This document shows, piece after piece, positions 47,023-57,310 of a stretch of 64,000 nucleotides of DNA. Under the pieces are notes generated by a model. That model was not told the DNA's origin. It did no database searches and worked only from the letters and a program-made list of their open reading frames with translations. Positions within the stretch are counted from its first letter, which is position 1, and each line of letters opens with the position of its first letter. Origin of the DNA: Clostridium sp. GTDB taxonomy: Bacteria > Bacillota > Clostridia > Lachnospirales > Lachnospiraceae. The stretch lies in NCBI GenBank assembly GCA_023664325.1, contig JAMPFS010000006.1:13008-77007 (forward strand), in the 5' to 3' direction. The translations under genes were made by a program, and so were the position numbers.

Positions 47023-47755
47023 GATAAGATGTTCGGTTGTGATGGCTGTTTATAATGGCGAGGCTTATATTCGCCAGCAGTTAGATTCCATTCTGGAAAA
47101 TGTGACTGTTCAGGATGAAATTGTGATATCCGATGACGGCTCCACGGATAAGACCAAAGAAATTATTCTTGCATACCAGAAAAATGGAGCAGGTATCCGG
47201 TTATTTGATGGAGAAAGAAAAGGTGTCATCGCTAATTTTGAATATGCCATTCGGCAGGCGAAGGGAAAGTATATTTTTTTGTGTGATCAGGACGATGTAT
47301 GGGAACCCAATAAAATAGAAAGGGTATTAAGATGTTTTGACGAGAATGGCTGCATGGTAGTTGTACATGATGCGGACATATGGAATGAGGAAGAAAATGT
47401 CATGGAACCATCCTTTTTTCAATATCGAAATTCCGGAGCAGGCATCTTAAAAAATATTGTTAAAAATACATATATTGGCTGCTGCATGGCGTTTTGCAGC
47501 GAGTTGCGAAACTTTATCCTTCCAATTCCCCGAAATATTGAAATGCATGATCAATGGATTGGAATTTGGGGAGATATCGTGGGAGAAAATTATTTTTTAA
47601 ATGAAATTTTGTTCCATTACCGAAGACATGGGAAAAACGTCTCAGATTTACAGCATTATCCATTTGGAAGGATGCTGAAAAACCGGATTGTACTGTGTGT
47701 GGAGCTGTTAAAGAGATGGTGGAAAAAGGTAAGGGCTGGGAGTTTATTATGTTAG
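47015..47755 (+). CDS. family-2 glycosyltransferase
   Basis: VVMAVYNGEAYI, ISDDGSTD, LCDQDDVW. Confidence 0.85.
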   Translation: MGEIRCSVVMAVYNGEAYIRQQLDSILENVTVQDEIVISDDGSTDKTKEIILAYQKNGAGIRLFDGERKGVIANFEYAIRQAKGKYIFLCDQDDVWEPNKIERVLRCFDENGCMVVVHDADIWNEEENVMEPSFFQYRNSGAGILKNIVKNTYIGCCMAFCSELRNFILPIPRNIEMHDQWIGIWGDIVGENYFLNEILFHYRRHGKNVSDLQHYPFGRMLKNRIVLCVELLKRWWKKVRAGSLLC

Positions 47756-48996
47756 GGCTGATTTTTGCATTTTTTATATTTACATTATTGGGCTATTGGC
47801 TGTACAAGTCTGTCATTTCACCAATGGTAATGTTTAACGCTATTTGGCTGGTTACATTGGCATTGTATGAAATGAAATGGAGTGAGATACAGAACGATTT
47901 AAATGAGCGATGCATATTATGTATCTGGCTGTGCCTGTTGGGGTTTAACATTGCCTGTATTGTTACGAAATTGTTTCCTAAAATTAAATCTGCAAACGGA
48001 GTTGGGCTTAGATTCAAAACACGGCGTTACATACCGCTAAATAAAAGGATCGTTTATATTAATATTTTTATTCTTATTGTATTGCTTCTTGAAGGCTGGT
48101 ATTCGGAAGGATTTCCGCTTTTTTGGATTTTATTCCGTGCAGAAAAGACATATTTTGATTTTGGGATTCCGTCTTTAAATGGCGCATTGTATGGGTTGAT
48201 TATATGTATGGGGGCATATTCCCTGTTCAAAAAAACAAAATGGAAATATTTTTACCTGGGAATCGGTCTGCTGGTGGTTTCCAGGCAGGTGATTATGTCA
48301 ATTGTCATTGAAGGAATTATTGTGTATTTGTTTGAAAATCCTGAAACATTGAAAAATGTGGATAAGAAAAAGGTCGCACTGGTTGGAATTGCGGCACTGG
48401 TCTTTTTTGGAATATATGGAAATTTCAGGACTGGAAAATCTTCTTTTAATTTTGTGTTTGAGGCGAAGCCGGCTTATGCCAATATGCCAACTGTATTTAA
48501 GTGGATTTATGCATATTTATGCTTTGCAATTAACAACTTTAACCAATTGGTGGCGATAAGTGATGGTGGTATTAATTATGGCAGTTCTATGATGAATGAA
48601 CTTTTGCCGACCGTACTGGCAGGAAAGATTGGATTTCACGATGTGTACAATCCTTATTATCTGGTGAAAATCAATTTTAATGTATCCACTTATCTGCCAT
48701 CCGTTTATCTGGATTTTGGAATGCCAGGGATTTTTATTTTTAATATGCTTATTGGCGCAATGGGAAGTATTCTTTTTCGCAGGCATGTGCAGCACAGATG
48801 TGTATGTAATCAATTGTATTATGCAGTATATATCCATAATATTTTATTGTTGTTGTTTGCTAATTTTTTCTTGAATCCGACGATTATTGTTCAATTTATT
48901 TATATTTGGCTGTTGTTTAAAAATACAGATGTAAAACAGCGACAGGAATGGAGGAGTAGGAGTGAAAACAGTTACTATCATTGTTCCGGTATATAA
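47749..48996 (+). CDS. polytopic membrane protein, probable Wzy-type repeat-unit polymerase
   Basis: More than 10 TM helices, no soluble domain, embedded among glycosyltransferases with a Wzx flippase in the locus. Confidence 0.5.
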   Translation: MLGLIFAFFIFTLLGYWLYKSVISPMVMFNAIWLVTLALYEMKWSEIQNDLNERCILCIWLCLLGFNIACIVTKLFPKIKSANGVGLRFKTRRYIPLNKRIVYINIFILIVLLLEGWYSEGFPLFWILFRAEKTYFDFGIPSLNGALYGLIICMGAYSLFKKTKWKYFYLGIGLLVVSRQVIMSIVIEGIIVYLFENPETLKNVDKKKVALVGIAALVFFGIYGNFRTGKSSFNFVFEAKPAYANMPTVFKWIYAYLCFAINNFNQLVAISDGGINYGSSMMNELLPTVLAGKIGFHDVYNPYYLVKINFNVSTYLPSVYLDFGMPGIFIFNMLIGAMGSILFRRHVQHRCVCNQLYYAVYIHNILLLLFANFFLNPTIIVQFIYIWLLFKNTDVKQRQEWRSRSENSYYHCSGI

Positions 48997-49933
48997 TGTG
49001 AAGCAGTATATACAAAAAGGAATCGAGAGTTTAATTGCACAGACCTTAGATGATATAGAAATTATTTTGGTTGATGATGGGTCTACGGATGGCAGTGAAT
49101 TAGAATGTGATGGATTAGGTGAAAAATATGCTAATGTCACTGTTGTCCATAAAGAAAATGGCGGGGTATCTTCTGCACGAAACTGTGGTTTAAAAATAGC
49201 AGGGGGAGAATATATCGGGTTTATGGATGCAGACGATTGGGTATCTCCCAGGTTTTGTGAAATTTTATATAATTGTGCAAAAAAGAATCAAGCGGATTTG
49301 GTCATGTGTGATTTGAAAAAAACAAATGTTGTTGATAAGGAACAGGATATCTTTGATGTTTCATGTGAAATATTATCTACGGATGAAGCATTTGAATACA
49401 TAATAGATATGCAAAGAAATATTACCGGAAGCTGTTTTAATAAATTATATAAAAGAAGTATAATTGCGGATAAAACTTTTCCAGTTGGTATTGCAATTAG
49501 TGAAGATGTAGATTTCCTGTTGCGTGTATTATGGGATTGCAAAAGTATTGTGTATGTACCAAAAGTATTGTGTTATTACCTGTTCAGGGAAGGGAGTGCC
49601 GTACATTCTTTGTATACTTCAAGAATGGAAGAGGATTTGATAAAACTGGGAGAGGGTTGGATACGGCATCCATATGTACTAAAGGATAGCGAAAGAATAC
49701 AAAAAATAACATTATATCGGTTATATATGTGTGAGTTAGCAATTGCTAATAAAAGAATTATTTCCGGCAGCGATGAAAAAAAGGTTATAAATAAGCTTCA
49801 GCATAATGTCAGGAAATATTGGAAAGATGCACTAAGGGCAAAGCCAGTAACGATAAAACAAATGCAATTATTGGTATTTGGAACAAGTTTCCGGTTATAT
49901 AAAAAGATTTACCGGAAAATCCGGCTTAATTGA
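48962..49933 (+). CDS. family-2 glycosyltransferase
   Basis: VTIIVPVYNV, VDDGSTDGS, FMDADDWV; GTG start behind ggagtaggag. Confidence 0.85.
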   Translation: MKTVTIIVPVYNVKQYIQKGIESLIAQTLDDIEIILVDDGSTDGSELECDGLGEKYANVTVVHKENGGVSSARNCGLKIAGGEYIGFMDADDWVSPRFCEILYNCAKKNQADLVMCDLKKTNVVDKEQDIFDVSCEILSTDEAFEYIIDMQRNITGSCFNKLYKRSIIADKTFPVGIAISEDVDFLLRVLWDCKSIVYVPKVLCYYLFREGSAVHSLYTSRMEEDLIKLGEGWIRHPYVLKDSERIQKITLYRLYMCELAIANKRIISGSDEKKVINKLQHNVRKYWKDALRAKPVTIKQMQLLVFGTSFRLYKKIYRKIRLN

Positions 49934-49958
49934 TTTCAGGGCAGCACATTAGGAGGAG

Positions 49959-51053
49959 ATGAGCATTTTGAAAAAGTTTGCAATGTATTTACCACAGTTT
50001 CATGAGATACCAGAAAATAACGATTGGTGGGGCGAAGGATTTACTGAATGGAGTAATGTAAAAAGTGCGAAACCATTATATTATGGGCATATTCAGCCTA
50101 AATATCCTAAAAATTATAACTACTATAACTTGTTGGATAAAAGTATAGTCGAGTGGCAAACAAAATTGGCTAATGAATACGGTATAGATGGTTTTGTGTA
50201 TTATCACTATTATTTTTCAGGAAAATTGATTATGGAAAAACCTGTTGAAAATTTATTGAAATGGCAGGATGTTCATCAAAAATTCTTTTTTTGCTGGGCA
50301 AATCATACATGGCTGAAAGGAAAAACGAGAGATCGAAAAGTATTAATTGAACAGACATATGGAGATGAAAGCGACTGGAAACAACATATGGATTACCTTA
50401 TCAGATTTTTTAAAGATGACAGGTATGAAAAGAGAAATAATAAGCCGGTATTTATGTTGTTTAAAAGTGATATTACAAATAAAAAGGAAATGTTAGACTA
50501 TTTTGATTTAAGATGCAAACAGGAGGGATTTGACGGTATTTGTATCATTGAAACTTATCATGAGAGTATGGAAAGAAAAAAATTAGAAAAATTTAAAGAA
50601 ACATTAGTTTCACAGTCGGAAATAGTTTATTGTAGAGAACCGAGTGTTTCTACAGGAATCTACTATACAAAACATTTATTTTCCAGGATTTTACATAAAT
50701 TGATGCGGGAAAGAGAGCTGCCTGTTTTGAAATCGAAGGTTGCTCGAATTAACGGAAATAAATTATACAATTACATGCTAAAAAAAGATTATCAAAAGCA
50801 TATGCCTTTAGATGTCGCACATGGGTTATTTTTTGAGTGGGATAATACACCAAGACATGGAAATCATGGTTATATTATTTTACCGCCAGATAAAGATCTA
50901 TTTGATAAATATATGGGAATCATAAAAAATGATGAATATGTTTTTATTAATGCATGGAACGAATGGGCAGAGGGAATGATGCTGGAACCGACAGAGCAGA
51001 ATGGATATCGTTACTTGGATTGGATGAAAGAATTAACGAATCAGGAGACATGA
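49959..51053 (+). CDS. WbsX-family (GH99-like) glycosyltransferase
   Basis: FAMYLPQFHEIPENNDWWGEGFTEWSNV signature and INAWNEWAEG. Confidence 0.75.
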   Translation: MSILKKFAMYLPQFHEIPENNDWWGEGFTEWSNVKSAKPLYYGHIQPKYPKNYNYYNLLDKSIVEWQTKLANEYGIDGFVYYHYYFSGKLIMEKPVENLLKWQDVHQKFFFCWANHTWLKGKTRDRKVLIEQTYGDESDWKQHMDYLIRFFKDDRYEKRNNKPVFMLFKSDITNKKEMLDYFDLRCKQEGFDGICIIETYHESMERKKLEKFKETLVSQSEIVYCREPSVSTGIYYTKHLFSRILHKLMRERELPVLKSKVARINGNKLYNYMLKKDYQKHMPLDVAHGLFFEWDNTPRHGNHGYIILPPDKDLFDKYMGIIKNDEYVFINAWNEWAEGMMLEPTEQNGYRYLDWMKELTNQET

Positions 51054-51092
51054 CAAAAGCGTAAGCAGACGAATAGAAAATAAAGGAACGAA

Positions 51093-51956
51093 ATGAAGTT
51101 AATAAAAATAATATATTTTGCATATGGAAGTGTCTATACCAAATTAAGATTGAAAAAACGATATTTTTTATGCAATAGAGGAATGGGAGATACCATAATT
51201 TTTTTATCAAAATTAAAAGAAATTAAACAAAAAAATCCTGAAACCCCAATAAATCTGATTGTTCAGAAAAATCAGGTTCCTCTTATGAAACCTTATATGC
51301 AGTATATTGATGACTATGTGGTATTTCATAAAAACAGAATGAAAGTTTTTATGTGGCTGGCAGCGAAGGGATTATTACCCGGAAATATCCGGTTTATCCT
51401 TCCGGAAGGTGCCTATGCAATTCTTGGCTATCGTAGAATTTCCATTCAGGATTTGATTAATATCACGTTTGATCTGCCACCGGATAATCAGGACTATGAG
51501 AAGCCTTGCTTTGAATGGGATAAAGGGCGCAGAGAATATTTGCTTGATAAGTACCAGTTGAAAAAGGGAAAGTTTGTGATTTTAGGTTTGGAGGCGGTAT
51601 CTATTGAGAGAATAGCCCTGGATTATTGGGAACGGATAGCGAAAAAATATAAGGACATGGGATATCAGGTTATCAGTAACTTAAGCAGCCCGGAGCAGTC
51701 TCCGGTTCCCGGTACGATAGGATTGTTTTTGCCATTAAACGAAATATATCTGCTGGCAGAGTATGGCGGTTATTTTATAGGCTTACGAAGCGGTTTGTGT
51801 GATTTACTGGCATTTTCAGGTTGTGGGATGACCGTCATCTATCCTACGGAACAGGACAGGTATAAGTATTCTTTTGCCAATATGTGCTTTGCAAAGGAAA
51901 TCACGGAAATTTTGGTATGTGAGGTTGAGGGCTGGCTGAGAAAACTGGTGTTATGA
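51093..51956 (+). CDS. hypothetical protein with GT9-like (heptosyl/Kdo-transferase fold) pattern
   Basis: NRGMGDTIIFLSKLKEIKQKNPETPINLIV near the N-terminus and GYFIGLRSGLCDLLAF ... VIYP near the C-terminus parallel the GLGD ... NDSGxMHxAAA ... LYGP layout of GT9 enzymes. Confidence 0.4.
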   Translation: MKLIKIIYFAYGSVYTKLRLKKRYFLCNRGMGDTIIFLSKLKEIKQKNPETPINLIVQKNQVPLMKPYMQYIDDYVVFHKNRMKVFMWLAAKGLLPGNIRFILPEGAYAILGYRRISIQDLINITFDLPPDNQDYEKPCFEWDKGRREYLLDKYQLKKGKFVILGLEAVSIERIALDYWERIAKKYKDMGYQVISNLSSPEQSPVPGTIGLFLPLNEIYLLAEYGGYFIGLRSGLCDLLAFSGCGMTVIYPTEQDRYKYSFANMCFAKEITEILVCEVEGWLRKLVL

Positions 51957-51972
51957 GGTTTGGAGGCAATTT

Positions 51973-53409
51973 ATGAAATCTTTAAAAATAAATACATTAA
52001 TGAATATGCTTAAAGTTTTGATGAGTATGCTTTTTCCACTGATTTCTTTTCCATATGTGTCGAGGATTTTAGGCCCTGCGGGAATTGGAAAAGTAGATTT
52101 TTCAGCATCAGTCGTGTCATATTTTTCCTTATTTGCTTCATTAGGTATATCAACATATGGGATTCGGGAGGGTGCAAAAGTTAGAGATCATAAAGATGAT
52201 TTGAGTACTTTTGTTCAGGAAATTTTTATTATTAATATGGTTTCAACAGTATTTTCATATGTTGTGTTCGGCTTTGCGGTTTGCAAATTAAGTGTATTGC
52301 ATGATTATTTAAAAATTTTATGCATTTGTGGATTGAATATAGGATTCACTACAATTGGGATAGAATGGTTATATGGTGCGTTGGAAGAGTATACATATAT
52401 AACAGTAAGAAGCATCTGTTTTCAACTGATTGCAATTATTTTGATGTTTTTTTTGATCAGGGATGCACAGGACTATTTACAATATGCATTTATAACGATT
52501 TTTGCAGCAGTTGGTTCTAATCTATTCAATATCATTCATTCCAGAAAGTTTGTTGTATGGAAAAAGAAACAAAAATATAATTTTAAAAGACATTTTAAGC
52601 CGATTTTAATCATATTTGGGTTAAATTTTGCATGTAGCATTTATATGAGTTTAGATAAAACAATGTTAGGTGTAATATGTGGTGATAAAGAAGTTGGATT
52701 ATATTCTGCGGCAATTAAAATAAACCGATTAGTGCTACAGTTAATCTTATCTATTGGAACTGTAATCCTTGCAAGACTTTCATATCTTTATGCCAATAGG
52801 GAACGAGAAACATTTAACAGGTTGTTCTTGAAAGTTTTCAACTATGTATTGTTCCTTACAGTTCCGTCTACGGCAGGTCTTATTTTATTAAGTAAACAAG
52901 TATTAGGTTTATTGAGTGGAAATGAATATTTGGAAGCTGATATCACATCCAAAATACTATCACTGATAATAATTATTATTGGCGCAAGTAATTTATTATC
53001 GGTTCAAATATTTATCGCAATAGGCAAGGAAAAATACTCTTTGCTTGCAAGTGGTGCAGCGGCTTTTATTAATTTTCTTAGCAATTTGTTTCTTATTCCA
53101 CAATATGGAAAAGTGGGTGCAGCAATTAGTACGGTTATGGCTGAAACAATCGCCTTAATTGTGTGTGTCTATTTTGCAAGGAAAATAATAGATTTTCATG
53201 GTGTTGTGAAAAATGTATTTGAATTTGCATTGGGAACATTTTTCTTCATCCCCGTTTTTTATGTGATAAGTGATAAGATACATAACGACTTGATTATAAT
53301 TGTTGTGATGGTGCTATTATCTGCCTGTGTATATGGATTCTTTCTTCTGATTATCAGAAATAGCGTGGCAATTGATATAAAAAATATGATAATAGGGAGG
53401 CAAGTATGA
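51973..53409 (+). CDS. Wzx-type polysaccharide flippase (MOP superfamily)
   Basis: About 14 TM helices and the N-terminal pattern typical of polysaccharide biosynthesis proteins. Confidence 0.75.
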   Translation: MKSLKINTLMNMLKVLMSMLFPLISFPYVSRILGPAGIGKVDFSASVVSYFSLFASLGISTYGIREGAKVRDHKDDLSTFVQEIFIINMVSTVFSYVVFGFAVCKLSVLHDYLKILCICGLNIGFTTIGIEWLYGALEEYTYITVRSICFQLIAIILMFFLIRDAQDYLQYAFITIFAAVGSNLFNIIHSRKFVVWKKKQKYNFKRHFKPILIIFGLNFACSIYMSLDKTMLGVICGDKEVGLYSAAIKINRLVLQLILSIGTVILARLSYLYANRERETFNRLFLKVFNYVLFLTVPSTAGLILLSKQVLGLLSGNEYLEADITSKILSLIIIIIGASNLLSVQIFIAIGKEKYSLLASGAAAFINFLSNLFLIPQYGKVGAAISTVMAETIALIVCVYFARKIIDFHGVVKNVFEFALGTFFFIPVFYVISDKIHNDLIIIVVMVLLSACVYGFFLLIIRNSVAIDIKNMIIGRQV

Positions 53410-54935
53410 ATATAGATTACATAATCGTCCAGGCTGGCGGCAAAGGCACCAGAATGGAGCATTTAACAGCCAATAAACCAAAATGTTTAGTACCGGTGAA
53501 TAATCTGCCGATGCTGTTTCATTTATTTCGGAAATACCCGGATAAGAAATTCATTGTCATTGGTGATTACAAATGTGATGTTTTGCGGGAATACCTCAAG
53601 ACATTTGCGAAGGTTTCCTATCTTTTGATAGATGCAGGAGGATGCAGCGGAACCTGTGCAGGGTTAAAACAGGCGGTGGAATATATTCCAAAGGACAGGG
53701 GATTTATGCTAATCTGGTCGGATCTGGTTCTGCCGGAGGACTTTGAACTGCCGCAGGAATTTACAGTGGAAAGTGGACAGCCGGCAGACAGGGATTATAT
53801 CGGGCTTTCCGGGGATTTTAAGTGCCGCTGGAAATACGAAAACGGCATATTTGAGGAGGAGGCATCCATAGAGAGGGGGGTGGCAGGCTTCTTTATATTC
53901 CACAATAAGGATTTGCTGGAAAGAGTTCCCGAAGAGGGTGAATTTGTCCGCTGGTTAAAAGAGCAGAACGTGAAACCAAAGGAACTGGTTTTAAGGAAGA
54001 CAAAGGAATATGGATTGATTTCTGAATATAGAAAGCTGATACAGGAAAAATGCCGACCGTTTAACCGGATGACTGTTGAGGGAGACCGTATTCGGAAAGA
54101 AGGAATTGATGAGCAGGGAAAAAAACTGGCAGTCCGGGAGAAAGCATGGTATCAGCATGTGGAATCTCTTGGGTATGACCGGATTCCGAAGATATACAGC
54201 TACGAACCTTTTGTAATGGAGAAGGTAACAGGAAAAAATGTATATGAATATGAAGAACTTTCCTATGAACAGAAAAAAGAGGTGCTGACAGGGATCATGG
54301 ATAACCTGAAGTTTCTTCATTCACTGGGAGAACAGGAAACAGATTATTTCAGTATCAAGGAAACTTATATTGATAAGACCTTTGACCGTTTAGAGAAAAT
54401 AAGGGATCTGATTCCTTTTGGCAGGGATCGGTTTATTCGGATTAACGGAAGAAATTGCAGAAATGTATTCTTTTACCAGAAGGAGCTGGAAAAGAGGCTG
54501 TATCATTACAGGGCGGATAAATTTCAGCTGATACATGGTGACTGTACTTTTTCCAATATGATGCTGAAAGAAGATTTGAGTCTGGTATTGATTGATCCAA
54601 GAGGATATTTTGGAGCCGTGGAGCTGTATGGTGATCCCGCATATGACTGGGCAAAATTATATTATTCCTTGATGGGAAATTATGACCGGTTTAACCTGAA
54701 ACAGTTCCGGCTGGATATAGAAGAATCGGAAGTGAAACTTAAGATAGAATCCAACGGATGGGAGAAGTTGGAACCGGTATTTTTTGAACAGCTAAAAGGG
54801 GAAGCAGAACCGGAGGATATCAAACTGCTGCATGCGATTATATGGCTGGCATTAACGACTTATGCATGGGAAGATTATGATTCCATTTGTGGGGCATTTT
54901 ATAACGGGCTGTACTATCTGGAAGAAGTATTGTAA
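53406..54935 (+). CDS. bifunctional sugar-phosphate nucleotidyltransferase / APH-ChoK-type kinase fusion
   Basis: N-terminal IIVQAGGKGTRMEHLTANKPKCLVPV (GxGTR...PK); C-terminal LIHGDCTFSNMML ... LIDPRG (HxDxxxxN catalytic loop, D of DFG-equivalent). Confidence 0.7.
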   Translation: MNIDYIIVQAGGKGTRMEHLTANKPKCLVPVNNLPMLFHLFRKYPDKKFIVIGDYKCDVLREYLKTFAKVSYLLIDAGGCSGTCAGLKQAVEYIPKDRGFMLIWSDLVLPEDFELPQEFTVESGQPADRDYIGLSGDFKCRWKYENGIFEEEASIERGVAGFFIFHNKDLLERVPEEGEFVRWLKEQNVKPKELVLRKTKEYGLISEYRKLIQEKCRPFNRMTVEGDRIRKEGIDEQGKKLAVREKAWYQHVESLGYDRIPKIYSYEPFVMEKVTGKNVYEYEELSYEQKKEVLTGIMDNLKFLHSLGEQETDYFSIKETYIDKTFDRLEKIRDLIPFGRDRFIRINGRNCRNVFFYQKELEKRLYHYRADKFQLIHGDCTFSNMMLKEDLSLVLIDPRGYFGAVELYGDPAYDWAKLYYSLMGNYDRFNLKQFRLDIEESEVKLKIESNGWEKLEPVFFEQLKGEAEPEDIKLLHAIIWLALTTYAWEDYDSICGAFYNGLYYLEEVL

Positions 54936-55040
54936 AGCATTGAGAGAAATTTATCAGGATAGCTGTGAAATTCCCGGCTTTACAAGTGCAAAACGGGATT
55001 TTGCGGCTGTCTAATTTATTATGAAAAGAGGAACAGAATT

Positions 55041-55634
55041 ATGATTAAATATTTTGAAGATACCGTGGGAATCATTGATGATTCACTGCACAGTATTTCG
55101 ATGGACACCTTTAACCGGCTCGTGGAGCAGACGACAGAGGCATTAAAACGGGGAAACAAAGTAGTTGTTTCCGGTCTGGGAAAGAATGTGCCGATTTGTG
55201 ACAAATTTGTAGGTTCCATGCTGTCACTGGGATTAAATGCTAATTTTTTACATACAAATTCGGCTGTACATGGAGATATGGGAATGGTACAAAGCGGAGA
55301 TCTTGTTATTATCCTGACAAAAAGCGGTTCCACCAAAGAGTCCGTTTATCTGGCAGAACTTTTAAAGCAGAGGGAGAATGTGAATTTGTGGCTGCTGACC
55401 TTTCAGCAAAAAAGTAAATTGGTAGATATGATTGGAACAGAGAAAAGCCTTGTCATAGATATGGAGCATGAAGGGGATATGTGGGATATTATGCCGAATA
55501 ATTCAACAACACTGAATTTGATCGTGTTACAGGCAGTTGTCATGGAAGTAGCAAAGAAGATGAATCTGTCGCTGGATGATTTTAAACGGAATCATCCGGG
55601 TGGAGCAATCGGGGAGAAGTTAAGTCATGTATGA
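55041..55634 (+). CDS. single-domain SIS sugar-phosphate isomerase, KdsD/KpsF-like, without CBS domains
   Basis: VVVSGLGKNVPICDKF, HTNSAVHGDMGMV, ILTKSGSTKE, FKRNHPGGAIGEKL parallel arabinose-5-phosphate isomerase motifs. Confidence 0.7.
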   Translation: MIKYFEDTVGIIDDSLHSISMDTFNRLVEQTTEALKRGNKVVVSGLGKNVPICDKFVGSMLSLGLNANFLHTNSAVHGDMGMVQSGDLVIILTKSGSTKESVYLAELLKQRENVNLWLLTFQQKSKLVDMIGTEKSLVIDMEHEGDMWDIMPNNSTTLNLIVLQAVVMEVAKKMNLSLDDFKRNHPGGAIGEKLSHV

Positions 55635-56004
55635 TCTTGTTATATCATCATTAAACCATACATGGATACTGGATTTGGATGGAACGGTTGTCCGGCATAA
55701 TGGTTATAAATTGGATGGAAAAGATACCCTGCTGCCGGGAGTCAAAGAATTTTTTGCACAGATACCGGAAGGAGACAGGATTCTTTTCTTAACATCCAGA
55801 GAAGAACAGTACAAATCTTTAACAGAGAGTTTCCTCAAAGAAAACCAGATACGTTATGACCATATCATTTATGGTGTTCCTTATGGAGAACGGATTCTGA
55901 TAAATGACAGCAAACCAAGCGGATTGGAGATGGCAAAATGTTTGTGCCTTAAAAGGGATGAAGGATTAATAGATGTAAAGATCGTAGTGGATGAGAAACT
56001 GTAA
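55627..56004 (+). CDS. small HAD-superfamily phosphatase-like protein
   Basis: Motif I ILDLDGTV, FLTSR, INDSKP; start overlaps the SIS stop. Confidence 0.6.
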   Translation: MYDLVISSLNHTWILDLDGTVVRHNGYKLDGKDTLLPGVKEFFAQIPEGDRILFLTSREEQYKSLTESFLKENQIRYDHIIYGVPYGERILINDSKPSGLEMAKCLCLKRDEGLIDVKIVVDEKL

Positions 56005-56106
56005 ACGATATAACAGACTGGCGCATGTGGCAGCATATATAAAAGTTTAATGTTAAGAAGCACATCCGGGAATCGGATGCGCTTCCCTTACAAGATACCT
56101 GGTTGC

Positions 56107-57003
56107 TTATATTCCATATTCCTTATACAGTTCTTCAAGGTAAGCGGCATCGTTGGCAGCCTTTTCGATTAAATCGGATCGTCCGTCTTTTATAAGCTTT
56201 TGAAAGAGTTGGAGAGCCTGTTTTTCACCTTCCCGTAATCCGGTCTCCATGCCCTCACGTTTGCCTTTTGCGATAGCGGAAGCCATGTCTCGTTCATAGC
56301 GTTCCCTTGCCTCGCATTGAAGTTTGATTTTTTCGTCATCCGTCAGTTCGTGGAGTGTAACAACCGTATCCTTGATATCCGAATTTTTCATTGCCAACAT
56401 TTTTAATTCCTCCCATGTGGTGGCTTTAAAAAGCCTGGCCCAAAAGTATAAATCATCGGGTTTCTTTTCAATAGAATCATCTTCCATTGATTTTAAGTTT
56501 AACATACGCAGGCTCAATTTGTCACTATATATTTCGTGATTTTTCACATTCATCAGCTTGTATTCCGAGTAAAATTCCGGTGTCAGGCCAGGAAGGTTGA
56601 AATCAACGATTCCGATATGGATTGTGGCATGTATATTGGAATAAATATCCCCCTTTTGAAGCTGGTCAAAGGTGCGGCAAAGATAGGTGATGGAACGTTC
56701 CGGCCAGTCGCCGAAATCATTTACCTGCATTTCAATGTTGATGAATTCGTTATGGTTCAAACGAAGATGAAGGTCTAATACACAGGTTTTCTCATCAATG
56801 GTTTCGCCGAGGATTATGGGGTTAAGAATGGTAACTTCACGGATGCTTCCTCTTGTCAGACCGAGCAGTGCGCATAAGAGTCCTTTCAACGCATTTTGAT
56901 TCTTTTGGAAGACTGAACGAAACATATAATCATTCGTCAGTGTGTACGGGAGTTTTCCGCTGGGAAGATTTAAAAAGTTATGATTTGTAGTCTGTTTTGC
57001 CAT
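56107..57003 (-). CDS. Rpn-family recombination-promoting nuclease / putative transposase (PD-(D/E)XK)
   Basis: LTNDYMFRSVF, CVLDLHL...INIEMQV nuclease-core pattern; paralog of 61057-61992. Confidence 0.75.
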   Translation of the reverse strand: MAKQTTNHNFLNLPSGKLPYTLTNDYMFRSVFQKNQNALKGLLCALLGLTRGSIREVTILNPIILGETIDEKTCVLDLHLRLNHNEFINIEMQVNDFGDWPERSITYLCRTFDQLQKGDIYSNIHATIHIGIVDFNLPGLTPEFYSEYKLMNVKNHEIYSDKLSLRMLNLKSMEDDSIEKKPDDLYFWARLFKATTWEELKMLAMKNSDIKDTVVTLHELTDDEKIKLQCEARERYERDMASAIAKGKREGMETGLREGEKQALQLFQKLIKDGRSDLIEKAANDAAYLEELYKEYGI

Positions 57004-57310
57004 ATAGGCCTCCTTTGTGGTATTAAGTTTATTGGTGGCATTGTGGTTTTGGATTTGCGACGAAGATATTTCGTAGTTATACTAGTTAACCTTAGTATTT
57101 GCCGAAGGCAAATGCTTAGTTTAACTGCATATACCGCGGTAAAATATTGAATTCGGCAATTAATTTCGTTCGCGAGTATACAAACTGGAAAAATTGAAAA
57201 AATGAAATGTACAAAGACACATAAAAAAACAAGACACTATTAATTTTATTATGAAAATGTGTCAAAAAAGTGTTTTGTGCAAAAAATTTTAATTGATAGG
57301 AGAATAGAAT

